Shown: piece after piece, positions 10,120 to 19,038 of the stretch
How positions within the stretch are numbered: position 1 is the first letter of the stretch
Layout of the letters: the number at the start of each line of letters is the position of its first letter
NCBI GenBank assembly: GCA_902797855.1
Contig: CADBUI010000002.1
Coordinates: forward strand, 329-64,328
Direction of reading: 5' to 3'
From: an uncultured Erysipelotrichaceae bacterium
GTDB lineage: Bacteria > Bacillota_I > Bacilli_A > RFN20 > CAG-826
Length of the DNA stretch: 64,000 nt
The notes under the pieces: model-generated
What the model was told of the DNA's origin: nothing
Database searches by the model: none
What the model saw: only the letters and a program-made list of their open reading frames with translations
Made by a program: the position numbers and the translations under genes

Positions 10120-10862
10120 TGAAAATATATATTCTTGAAAGTGGTAGTAGAGGAAACTCTGCTTTATTAGAAGATAGTGGACACCTTTATCTAATAGATA
10201 TGGGTGTTCCTTTATTTGTCCTTGAGAATGCTTTAAATGCCCTTGGACATAAACTTATTGATATTGAAGCAATGTTATTAACTCATGAACACGGTGATCA
10301 CACTCGTGGAATTCAATATCTTCCACCTTTACCAATTTACACCACGAAAGGTACTTGGGAAGGAAATAATGTTATTGATATAACTCCATACAAGGAATTT
10401 AAATTAAACAACCTAACTATTCTTCCAGTATCAATTTCTCATGACGTTAATGATCCAGTTGCGTTTGTGATTTCTAATGGCACTGAAAAATTAGTCTACC
10501 TCACCGATTCAGGATATATTCCATCTAAGACGCTTGAATATTTAAAAGACGCAGATTATTACGTTATCGAATCAAATTATGACTATAAACTTTTAGTAGC
10601 GACAGGTAGACCTCGTTCACTAATTACACGTATCTCAAGTGATCACGGACATCTATCAAATAAAGATTCCGCTAGATATATGGTTGGTTTAGTTGGACCT
10701 CACACAAAAGCAATTGCTTTAGCCCATATCTCACTAGAAAGTAACACTCACGAAGTAGCGATTGAAACATATCGAAAAATATTTAAAAAAGCTCATCTTA
10801 ATCTTGATGATTATAATGTGCAATGTGCAAGTCAATACGAGATGACTTTCTTAGGAAAATAA
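10119..10862 (+). CDS. walJ: MBL-fold metallohydrolase (YycJ/WalJ family)
   Basis: SGSRGN, THEHGDH, SHD, ESNYD, GHLSN, AHIS..SN. Confidence 0.85.
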   Translation: MKIYILESGSRGNSALLEDSGHLYLIDMGVPLFVLENALNALGHKLIDIEAMLLTHEHGDHTRGIQYLPPLPIYTTKGTWEGNNVIDITPYKEFKLNNLTILPVSISHDVNDPVAFVISNGTEKLVYLTDSGYIPSKTLEYLKDADYYVIESNYDYKLLVATGRPRSLITRISSDHGHLSNKDSARYMVGLVGPHTKAIALAHISLESNTHEVAIETYRKIFKKAHLNLDDYNVQCASQYEMTFLGK

Positions 10863-10879
10863 AAAGACCACATAGTGGT

Positions 10880-11683
10880 CTATTTTATTAACTTGTAATG
10901 CTTCATGGCTTTTGCCCAGCCATCAGCATCGATATCTGCTGTAACATAATCAGCGACTGCTTTAACTTGTCTAACAGCATTTCCCATTGCAACACTTGTG
11001 CCGGTAAATTGAAGCATTTCTATATCGTTTGGATTATCTCCAAGTGACATTGCGTTATCAGGAGTATATCCATAATGTTCAAGGACTGCTAAGATACCTT
11101 TTGCTTTATCGCTATCTTTAAGCATAATATCGACAGCGTATTCATCCCATCTAGCAGATTTACATTCTTTTAAGTGAGGTAGGAATAAACTTTCATCAAG
11201 TTCATCACAGAATGCGATCATTTGGTAGACAACTCTATCATAATGATCTGGATAATGACGTGGTTGAGGGAAACGAGTTCCGTATTTTTCGTGAGCAGAT
11301 ATTACTCTATCATCAACATAGTTAATATGTCCTTCGTTTTCTTCAATAAGAGTTAAACCGAATTTAAGTCTTTTGGAGAATTTAATCATAACGTCGACAA
11401 CGTTTTCAGGAATTGGATAACGATAGATAATCTTTCCATCGATAATCGCATTACTACCATTCATGGTAATAAGTCCATCAGGATGGATGATGTCTAAGAT
11501 GCCAGTTTTTCTAATAAGATAATAGTTTCTTCCTGAACAAAGGAATACCTTTATTCCATTAGCTTGCATTTCTTTAATAGCTTTTATGGCACTTTCAGGA
11601 ACTTTATGAGTGCGATGAGAAAATAAAGTCATGTCAATATCGGTGAAGATAATTTTAATGTCTTTTTTTGGTTGTTTTTCCAT
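10880..11683 (-). CDS. Cof-type HAD-IIB hydrolase
   Basis: DIDMTL, CSGR, K, GDNPNDIEML, AMGNA. Confidence 0.9.
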   Translation of the reverse strand: MEKQPKKDIKIIFTDIDMTLFSHRTHKVPESAIKAIKEMQANGIKVFLCSGRNYYLIRKTGILDIIHPDGLITMNGSNAIIDGKIIYRYPIPENVVDVMIKFSKRLKFGLTLIEENEGHINYVDDRVISAHEKYGTRFPQPRHYPDHYDRVVYQMIAFCDELDESLFLPHLKECKSARWDEYAVDIMLKDSDKAKGILAVLEHYGYTPDNAMSLGDNPNDIEMLQFTGTSVAMGNAVRQVKAVADYVTADIDADGWAKAMKHYKLIK

Positions 11684-11744
11684 CTAATATCGTTCCTTTC
11701 TATTCTTGTTAATAATTAATAATTATTGTATATTCTTATATGCT

Positions 11745-12083
11745 ATGAAATACGATGAGTGGTCTAAGTTAGATACTGTTAAGGATGATAATAATCCTTT
11801 CACTCCAATGTATGTTTATCCATCAGGAGAAATGTTTTTTGTTGAACCTGCGTTTTATACACAGCTTACATATTTGAAACAAATATATCCTGATAGATAT
11901 CGCTCAATTATAGATGAAATGGAAAGATTAGTAAAGAAGTCGAAAAAAGTTATTTTCACTCATGATTATGAATTTCCACTTATTAAGAGAGACGATTTTA
12001 TTTATTTAGAAATCACCGATGTCACCGACCCTCTTCAGATTTATGTTGAAGATAAATCACGTGGCAGTGACTATGGAGATTAG
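11745..12083 (+). CDS. Hypothetical soluble protein (about 112 aa)
   Basis: ATG at 11745 in the listed ORF; the stop lies 3 nt before the next start, consistent with an operon. Confidence 0.7.
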   Translation: MKYDEWSKLDTVKDDNNPFTPMYVYPSGEMFFVEPAFYTQLTYLKQIYPDRYRSIIDEMERLVKKSKKVIFTHDYEFPLIKRDDFIYLEITDVTDPLQIYVEDKSRGSDYGD

Positions 12084-12086
12084 TGA

Positions 12087-13385
12087 ATGAACTTTACATT
12101 TATTGGTCTAGGATATGTAGGTCTAGTGAACTCTGTTTTACTGGCCTCTTTTTATCATAATGTTATCGGTTACGATATTGATAAAAATAAAATTGAACTA
12201 TTAAAACAAGGAGTGTCAACGATTGAAGAGCCTAATCTTCAGACTTTATTAAGTGAGGCTAAAACAAAACTTAGATTCACAAGCAATGCGCAAGACGCAA
12301 TATCAATTAATAACATCATCGTCATCTGTGTTGATACTCCAAATAAAAATGGTCAAATTGATTTAACTCATTTTAATGAAGCACTTGATGATATCGCTCG
12401 TTACGCTGAAAAAGATTGTTATATCATCATTCGTTCTACTGTCCCTATTGGCACTAATAAGTACACAAAAGAATATTTAGAAAGTAGATCCAAACATAAA
12501 TTCCAAATTATTTCGATGCCTGAATTCATGTCTGAATCCACAGCGGTTTATGACACAATTAATCCATATAGACTTGTTATTGGAGTGAATAACCAAGAAT
12601 CTATCGAATTTGCTCAATCAATAACCCCTGTATTCTTAACTAAAAAAGTTCCAGTACTTATTACCACTCCAGAAAATGCAGAGTTAATTAAGTTGTCTTC
12701 TGATGCATTTATCGCTACTAAGATTTCATTCACTAATTCGCTTGCAAAAATCTGCGAAGATGTCGGAGCGGATATTGACCGTGTTAGCTTAGGAATGTCT
12801 CTTGATCCAAGAATTGGAAAATCTTTCCTTAAACCAGGAATCGGTTATGGTGGAGTTATGGAAGAAACAATTGATCCAAATTGTTGGATTCTTTCAAAGA
12901 AAGAGACTAACTTCGAAGTAGTGAAAGCTGCGATGGAAGTTAATAAGAAACAAGCTACGCGCCTTCTTGATAAAATATTTAAAAAATATAAAGCCGTTAG
13001 TTCACTCACCATCGGAGTTCTTGGCGCCTCATATAAAGCAAACACTGAAGATATTAGAAATTCCGCTGCTATTGAAATAATTAGAACTCTTCTTGATAAG
13101 GGTGCGGATATTCAACTATACGATCCTCTTTGTATGGATAAAGTTGAAAAAGTATTCTCTAGACACACCCACATCAAATATAAGAATTATGCAAAAGATG
13201 CAATTAAGGGAACGCATCTTGTGCTTATCTTAACTAACGCTGATGAATTTAAACTTATAAAACCAGAAGATTATATTTCGCTTATGATTGCTAAACCAGT
13301 CGTGATCGACGCTCATAACATTTACAAAGTAAATGAAATGAACGGAATAGAATATATTTCTAACGGGCGAAAGATTAATAAATAA
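12087..13385 (+). CDS. UDP-glucose/GDP-mannose dehydrogenase-family protein with degenerate active site
   Basis: GLGYVG, CVDTP, PEF, KISF, DPRIG, PGIGYGG and K.NTEDIR are present, but the SCFPKD motif is replaced. Confidence 0.88.
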   Translation: MNFTFIGLGYVGLVNSVLLASFYHNVIGYDIDKNKIELLKQGVSTIEEPNLQTLLSEAKTKLRFTSNAQDAISINNIIVICVDTPNKNGQIDLTHFNEALDDIARYAEKDCYIIIRSTVPIGTNKYTKEYLESRSKHKFQIISMPEFMSESTAVYDTINPYRLVIGVNNQESIEFAQSITPVFLTKKVPVLITTPENAELIKLSSDAFIATKISFTNSLAKICEDVGADIDRVSLGMSLDPRIGKSFLKPGIGYGGVMEETIDPNCWILSKKETNFEVVKAAMEVNKKQATRLLDKIFKKYKAVSSLTIGVLGASYKANTEDIRNSAAIEIIRTLLDKGADIQLYDPLCMDKVEKVFSRHTHIKYKNYAKDAIKGTHLVLILTNADEFKLIKPEDYISLMIAKPVVIDAHNIYKVNEMNGIEYISNGRKINK

Positions 13386-13387
13386 AA

Positions 13388-13417
13388 GAAAGCCTCCATT
13401 AATTTTGGAGGCGTTTC
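13388..13417. terminator. Probable bidirectional terminator
   Basis: GCCTCCA...TGGAGGC hairpin between convergent genes. Confidence 0.65.
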
Positions 13418-13418
13418 A

Positions 13419-14552
13419 TTATTTCTTTTTACTTGAGATTGTTTTAGCTTGTACGTTTTTGTTTTGTGGTTGACTTGGCTTATTGATAACTTCAGCGTTT
13501 TCAGGTCTAAGTGTTTTCATTGATAGCCACATTAATCTCATACCGATAAGAAGTGGGAATGCGATTTGTGCAAATGAGGCAATCATGAATCCAAAGACAA
13601 GTGAGAGTACTGCTGGAGCAGGTGCTGCCCAGTAAACAATCTTTTGAGTGTCCCAGATTGTATAAATTCTAAATGGATTCATTTTTCCTCTAGTGAGGAG
13701 ATAGACCATAAGTCCCATAAAGACAACAATACCGAGGTTAATACCAAACATGATTAATGTTGTTTGCCACATGGCAGTGTATTTATTTGTGAGGTAAGTG
13801 GTGTTAAAGAATGCTTTCCAGTTTTGCCACACTCCACGAGTATATGCTCCATAAGCACCTTCGAATTGTGGATTTGTTCTTGTTTCTTTAGTTAGCATTT
13901 GTCCATCAACATAGACAAGTGCAAGACTATTAATTCCAAATCCTTCTTCAACGTGTTTATAATCACCATAAAGTGTTCCGCTTACAGAACCATTGTTAGC
14001 TCTATAAAGTGCGCCCATTAAAGTGTTTCTCGCAAAGATGAAATAGTTACTTGTTCTACGAACAATACTAACTGAACCATCTTCTTTAATATTTTTAACT
14101 TGAGCGATTTCGTTTAAATAATCTTGAGTTAATGTTCCATCGATATAATAGATTTCAAAATCAACATTATTTTCGGCATTTAAATGTTTGTAGCAATGAT
14201 GTCCGAACGAGTTAACTTCTGGATAGGCCATCGCCCAAGCTTCTGCTCCGCTTTTTCCAGCGTAACTAAAGCGAAGAATCTTTTCACCTTGCTCTTGGTG
14301 GACTGACATATCTGCACCTTTATCTTGAATATCTTCAGCAAAGCGCATTGTCGCAACATCATATCCGTTTGCATATGTATTAACAAAATCAGCACCATTC
14401 TTATTAGCAGTATTCACGAATGTTGGAACAAGGCAAATAATCATGGAAACAAATAACATAATAACTGCAAAATACCATGGTAATTTTCTACCACCAGTAA
14501 CGCAGGCTTCGTTATTAATTAAACTCTTTAAAACTAACTTAAAATTTTTCAT
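13419..14552 (-). CDS. Hypothetical membrane protein (1 TM, large loop, about 3 TM)
   Basis: 377-aa ORF with this hydropathy pattern; no family recognised. Confidence 0.75.
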   Translation of the reverse strand: MKNFKLVLKSLINNEACVTGGRKLPWYFAVIMLFVSMIICLVPTFVNTANKNGADFVNTYANGYDVATMRFAEDIQDKGADMSVHQEQGEKILRFSYAGKSGAEAWAMAYPEVNSFGHHCYKHLNAENNVDFEIYYIDGTLTQDYLNEIAQVKNIKEDGSVSIVRRTSNYFIFARNTLMGALYRANNGSVSGTLYGDYKHVEEGFGINSLALVYVDGQMLTKETRTNPQFEGAYGAYTRGVWQNWKAFFNTTYLTNKYTAMWQTTLIMFGINLGIVVFMGLMVYLLTRGKMNPFRIYTIWDTQKIVYWAAPAPAVLSLVFGFMIASFAQIAFPLLIGMRLMWLSMKTLRPENAEVINKPSQPQNKNVQAKTISSKKK

Positions 14553-14677
14553 AGCGAATAATATAGTATATTAAACATCATTTCTTTTCAAATAATTATA
14601 TTTTCTAATTCGCTTTTTCTCTTGAAAGAATAGTGGACCTATAATAATATATTTTTGCTTTTAAGAAGCAACATCAT

Positions 14678-15072
14678 GGGGTCGAACAAGTTTCGACAGG
14701 GATGATGCCTGGCCTTAACTGCAGCTGAGTGGTGACATAATCACCAAACAAAAATAACTGACAACAGTTATATGAGAGCACCACGTGCTCAATCCCTCTG
14801 CTTAGCTTAATTTAGCTTCCGACATAGGATCCGACGCATCGCGCCGGGCAGAGCGCACCTCAAGGTTTTCGTCCTTCACGCTTGAGTCGTGTGTCATACC
14901 AAAGGAATAAGTGCTAAAAGTTGATGAGTTAATTAGCAACGAAAAATTGTTCATCTAGTGAATGATAGTTCGTCGATATCAAATCATTCATGAAGCGCAA
15001 ATATCATCTAAGCTGTAGACGTTATCGTAGGGCCTTCCTTGGACACGGGTGCAATTCCCGCCGACTCCACCA
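14678..15072 (+). ncRNA. ssrA: tmRNA
   Basis: 5' GGGGTCG..TTTCGAC pairs with 3' CGACTCC-ACCA (G.U alanine acceptor stem); T-arm CGGG-TGCAATT-CCCG; tag frame after ATAACT at 14760-14810; promoter TTGAAA-17-TAATAT upstream. Confidence 0.95.
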
Positions 15073-15084
15073 ATTAACAACAAC

Positions 15085-15108
15085 GCCAAATCTTTGATTT
15101 GGTTTTTT
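15085..15108 (+). terminator. tmRNA terminator
   Basis: GCCAAATC-TTT-GATTTGGT followed by a T run. Confidence 0.75.
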
Positions 15109-15120
15109 ATTTTTTGTATA

Positions 15121-15149
15121 TTAACAATATCACGGAAAAGTGATATAAT
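15121..15149 (+). promoter_or_regulatory. Sigma-A promoter with overlapping palindromic operator
   Basis: TTAACA-17-TATAAT (extended TG); inverted repeat ATATCAC-N6-GTGATAT at 15127-15146. Confidence 0.7.
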
Positions 15150-15170
15150 TTTATCGAAAGGAGGTTACCA

Positions 15171-15425
15171 ATGCCCGTAATATCGCGTTTTTATGGGCTT
15201 ATCATTAAAATGTATTTTCAACAGAGTGAGCATCTTCCGCCACATTTCCATGTGATTTATGCAGAATATTCCGCCGCTATAACAATTGATAGTGGTGACA
15301 TTCTTGAAGGTGATCTTCCAAATAAGGCACTCATGTTGGTACGTGAATGGTTAAGTTTGCATAGAGACGAACTAAAAGCTATTTGGGATACGCAAGAATT
15401 TAAAAGTATAGAAGGCTTGGTTTAA
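15171..15425 (+). CDS. DUF4160 family protein (putative toxin)
   Basis: MPVISRFYGLIIKMYF..EHLPPHFH..Y...G.LP....V.EW...H..EL...W; strong SD AAGGAGGT. Confidence 0.85.
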   Translation: MPVISRFYGLIIKMYFQQSEHLPPHFHVIYAEYSAAITIDSGDILEGDLPNKALMLVREWLSLHRDELKAIWDTQEFKSIEGLV

Positions 15426-15429
15426 GATT

Positions 15430-15861
15430 ATGTTTCATAAAATTAAAAGTGTTGTGCCCTTAAAAAACTATGTATTACTAGTTTCTTTTGTTGAGGGTGT
15501 CACTAAAACATATAACGTTAAACCACTATTTGAAAAGTGGGACATCTTTAATAGATTAAAAGAAAATCATTTGTTTTATGATGTCCTAGTTGACCAGGGA
15601 GGATATGGTATCTCCTGGAATGATGATATCGATTTGTCGTGTGAAGAGCTTTTTGACAATGGCAAGCTCATTAATAGTCCTTTTGACGGATTGATTGCTT
15701 TTACAGAAGCATGTCAGATGTGGGATCTGAATGAATCCACACTCAGAAAAGCGGTATCGTATGGAAAACTGGTCGATGGTGTGGATGTGTGTAAATTTGG
15801 AAAACAATGGGTTGTTACAATCGAGGCTATGCAAAGAGAATATGGTCCTCGCGTAAAATAA
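15430..15861 (+). CDS. DUF2442 protein fused to a C-terminal excisionase-like HTH (putative antitoxin)
   Basis: V.PL..Y.L.V.F..G...GYGISWNDDIDL N-terminal domain; C-terminal EACQMWDLNESTLRKA...KFGKQWVVT HTH. Confidence 0.8.
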   Translation: MFHKIKSVVPLKNYVLLVSFVEGVTKTYNVKPLFEKWDIFNRLKENHLFYDVLVDQGGYGISWNDDIDLSCEELFDNGKLINSPFDGLIAFTEACQMWDLNESTLRKAVSYGKLVDGVDVCKFGKQWVVTIEAMQREYGPRVK

Positions 15862-15873
15862 CACTTATAGCTC

Positions 15874-15908
15874 AAAGAAATCTCGCCGAATGATTGCGAG
15901 ATTTTTTT
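15874..15908 (+). terminator. Intrinsic terminator
   Basis: AAATCTCGC...GCGAGATTT followed by a T run. Confidence 0.75.
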
Positions 15909-15955
15909 GTTCAAATTTAATGCAATGACTATGTCATTGTTTTATAATATATAGG

Positions 15956-16435
15956 ATGAAAATTAGAATAATTGCAATTGGAAAAATTAAAGATGATTAT
16001 CTTAAGGAAGGGATTAGTGCCTATCTTTTAAAATTAAAAAGATACGCGGACGTATACGTATGCGAAGTCATGGATAGTTCTATTCCTGATAATCCTAATC
16101 AATCCGAAATTGAAAAGGCTAAAAACACTGAGGGGGAAAGAGTTTTAAAGATTCTTAAACCTAGTGATTATGTTATTAATCTAGACCTAAATAAAAAAGA
16201 ATTTAATAGCGAAGAGTTCTCGTCATATCTAATAAAATCCTTAGAAAAAGCTGGAGCAAATCTTACTTTTTTAATTGGCGGTTCATATGGACTATCCGAT
16301 GAACTTAAAAAACGAGCGAACGATGCTATTTCTTTATCAAAAATGACGTTTTTACATCAGATGACAAGGCTTGTTTTACTAGAACAAATCTATCGCGCAT
16401 TCAAGATAAATGCGCACGAAATATATCACAAATAG
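15956..16435 (+). CDS. rlmH: 23S rRNA (pseudouridine1915-N3)-methyltransferase
   Basis: IIAIGK, FLIGGSYG, SLSKMTFLHQMTRLVLLEQIYRA, YHK terminus. Confidence 0.97.
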   Translation: MKIRIIAIGKIKDDYLKEGISAYLLKLKRYADVYVCEVMDSSIPDNPNQSEIEKAKNTEGERVLKILKPSDYVINLDLNKKEFNSEEFSSYLIKSLEKAGANLTFLIGGSYGLSDELKKRANDAISLSKMTFLHQMTRLVLLEQIYRAFKINAHEIYHK

Positions 16436-16669
16436 GCGCGTTTTAAATATTTTTATAATATATTGATATTATCGACGCTCTTTAAGATAAATCTATACAG
16501 TGTATATATAAAATCACATTACGCTTGAACGCGTGTGCGAGTAATAATAAAATAATAATGCGATTAATAAAAAGCTGATTGCTTAATAGATAACATCGCT
16601 AATTTATCAACTTCCCGTAAGTTGTTTTTATATAACATCATTTTTATCGAAAAAAAGGAGTAAAAAAGT

Positions 16670-19036
16670 ATGTTTAGAATCAAAAAACGTGATGGTAGTA
16701 TTGTTGACTTTGATCTTAAGAAGATTGAAAAGGCTATTGAGAAAGCTTTCATTGCCGAGCACAAAGAATACACTCAAGATGTCATCGAACTTCTCGCATT
16801 AAAAGTCACTGCTAACTTCAATCCAAAAATTAAAGATAATCTTGTCTCTGTTGAAGATATCCAAGACTCCGTTGAAATTGTTTTAATCCAAGCTGGTTAT
16901 ATCGATGTCGCTAAATCCTATATTTTATATAGAAAGCAACACGAAACCCTTCGTCAAATGAAATCAACTGAACTTGACTATAAAGATACAGTTGATAATT
17001 ATCTAAAACTCAACGACTGGAGAGTTAAAGAAAACTCCACAGTTACCTATTCAGTTGGTGGTCTTATCCTTTCAAATAGTGGAGCGATCACCGCTAACTA
17101 TTGGTTAAGTGAAATCTACGATAAGGAAATTGAAGAAGCACATAGAAATGCTGATATTCATATCCACGATTTATCAATGCTCACAGGTTACTGTGCAGGT
17201 TGGTCACTCAAACAACTCATCAAAGAAGGTTTAGGTGGTGTTGTTGGTAAGATTACATCTGCTCCAGCATCTCACTTATCAACTCTTTGTAACCAAATGG
17301 TTAACTTCCTCGGAATTATGCAAAACGAATGGGCTGGTGCGCAAGCATTCTCCTCATTTGATACCTATCTTGCACCATTTGTAAAGAAAGATAACCTCAC
17401 TTATAAAGAAGTTAAACAATGTATCCAATCCTTCATTTATGGTGTTAATACACCATCCAGATGGGGTACTCAAGCACCATTCACCAATATTACATTAGAC
17501 TGGACCGTACCAAACGATATGGCTGAACTTAACGCTATTGTTGGTGGAAAAGAAATGGACTTCAAATACAAAGACTGTGTTGAAGAAATGAGAATGGTCA
17601 ACAAAGCCTTCATCGAAATCATGATTGAAGGCGACGCTAATGGACGTGGATTCCAATATCCAATTCCAACCTACTCAATTACAAAAGATTTCGACTGGTC
17701 AGAAACAGAAAATAATAAATTATTATTTGAAATGACCGCTAAATACGGAACTCCATATTTCTCTAACTATATCAATTCCGATATGGAACCAAGTGATGTT
17801 AGAAGTATGTGCTGCCGTTTAAGACTTGACCTTAGAGAGCTTCGTAAGAAATCTGGTGGTTTCTTTGGTAGTGGTGAATCTACAGGTTCTGTCGGTGTTG
17901 TCACCATCAATATGCCAAGAATCGCTTATCTTGCTACTGATGAAAAAGATTTCTATGCACGTTTAACAAGACTTATGGATCTTTCCGCAAGATCACTTAA
18001 GATTAAACGTAATGTTATTACTAAACTACTTGAAGCTGGATTATATCCATACACCAAGAGATATTTAGGCACATTCAATAACCACTTCTCCACAATTGGT
18101 TTAGTTCGTATGAATGAAGCTTGTCTAAACGCTCGTTGGATTAAAGAAGATTTATCCCACGAAAAAGCTATCCAATTCACAAAAGATGTTCTTAACTTCA
18201 TGAGAAACAAACTCTCTGATTACCAAGAACTCTATGGTGACTTATATAACCTTGAAGCTACACCAGCCGAATCAACAGCATATCGTTTAGCTAAACACGA
18301 TAAGAAACGCTATCCAGATATCATTACTGCTAGTGATAACGCAGATGCTCCATATTACACAAATAGTAGCCATCTCCCAGTTAACTATACAGAAGATATC
18401 TTCGCTGCTCTTGATATTCAAAACGGTTTACAAACCCTTTATACATCTGGAACAGTCTTCCATTGTTTCTTAGGTCAAAAATTACCATCTTGGAAATCGT
18501 GTATGAATTTAGTTCGTAAGATTGCTGAAAACTACGAAATTCCATATTACACAATGTCTCCTACATACTCTGTATGTAAAGACCACGGTTATATCACCGG
18601 TGAAGTTTATGAATGTCCACACTGCCATAAACCAACTGAAGTTTATAGCCGTATTACTGGTTACTATCGTCCAATTCAAAACTGGAACGTTGGTAAGACA
18701 GAAGAATTCAAGAATCGTAGAGAATACGTTTATGAGCATTCTCATCTTAAGAGTGAAGGCAAATCCTGCGCATGTGAACATGAAGAAAAATCAAATAACT
18801 CCGTTAATGAAATTACATTATTCGCTACAAAGACTTGCCCAAACTGCAAGATGGCAAAGATGCTCTTAGACAAAGCTGGTATTAAATACACAGTTGTTGA
18901 TGCTGAAGAAAACAAAGAAAAGACCATTTCATTTGGTATTAAAAAGGCTCCAACCCTTCTTGTTCCAAATGGTGATTCTTATGATGTTTACGATAATGCA
19001 TCAAACATCAAAAAATACATTGAAAATAGAAACTAA
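16670..19036 (+). CDS. nrdD: Class III anaerobic ribonucleoside-triphosphate reductase with N-terminal ATP-cone and C-terminal glutaredoxin-like domain
   Basis: IKKRDG ATP-cone; YCAGW, SMCCRL, EATPAES, Zn site, RITGYY glycyl-radical loop; C-terminal TCPNC...APTL domain. Confidence 0.96.
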   Translation: MFRIKKRDGSIVDFDLKKIEKAIEKAFIAEHKEYTQDVIELLALKVTANFNPKIKDNLVSVEDIQDSVEIVLIQAGYIDVAKSYILYRKQHETLRQMKSTELDYKDTVDNYLKLNDWRVKENSTVTYSVGGLILSNSGAITANYWLSEIYDKEIEEAHRNADIHIHDLSMLTGYCAGWSLKQLIKEGLGGVVGKITSAPASHLSTLCNQMVNFLGIMQNEWAGAQAFSSFDTYLAPFVKKDNLTYKEVKQCIQSFIYGVNTPSRWGTQAPFTNITLDWTVPNDMAELNAIVGGKEMDFKYKDCVEEMRMVNKAFIEIMIEGDANGRGFQYPIPTYSITKDFDWSETENNKLLFEMTAKYGTPYFSNYINSDMEPSDVRSMCCRLRLDLRELRKKSGGFFGSGESTGSVGVVTINMPRIAYLATDEKDFYARLTRLMDLSARSLKIKRNVITKLLEAGLYPYTKRYLGTFNNHFSTIGLVRMNEACLNARWIKEDLSHEKAIQFTKDVLNFMRNKLSDYQELYGDLYNLEATPAESTAYRLAKHDKKRYPDIITASDNADAPYYTNSSHLPVNYTEDIFAALDIQNGLQTLYTSGTVFHCFLGQKLPSWKSCMNLVRKIAENYEIPYYTMSPTYSVCKDHGYITGEVYECPHCHKPTEVYSRITGYYRPIQNWNVGKTEEFKNRREYVYEHSHLKSEGKSCACEHEEKSNNSVNEITLFATKTCPNCKMAKMLLDKAGIKYTVVDAEENKEKTISFGIKKAPTLLVPNGDSYDVYDNASNIKKYIENRN

Positions 19037-19038
19037 AA

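Noticed and set aside
16453-16510. Possible NrdR boxes upstream of nrdD (TAATATATTG; near-palindrome TATACAGTGTATA)
   Set aside because: Only partial matches to the NrdR consensus, with no clear tandem pair, in very AT-rich DNA.
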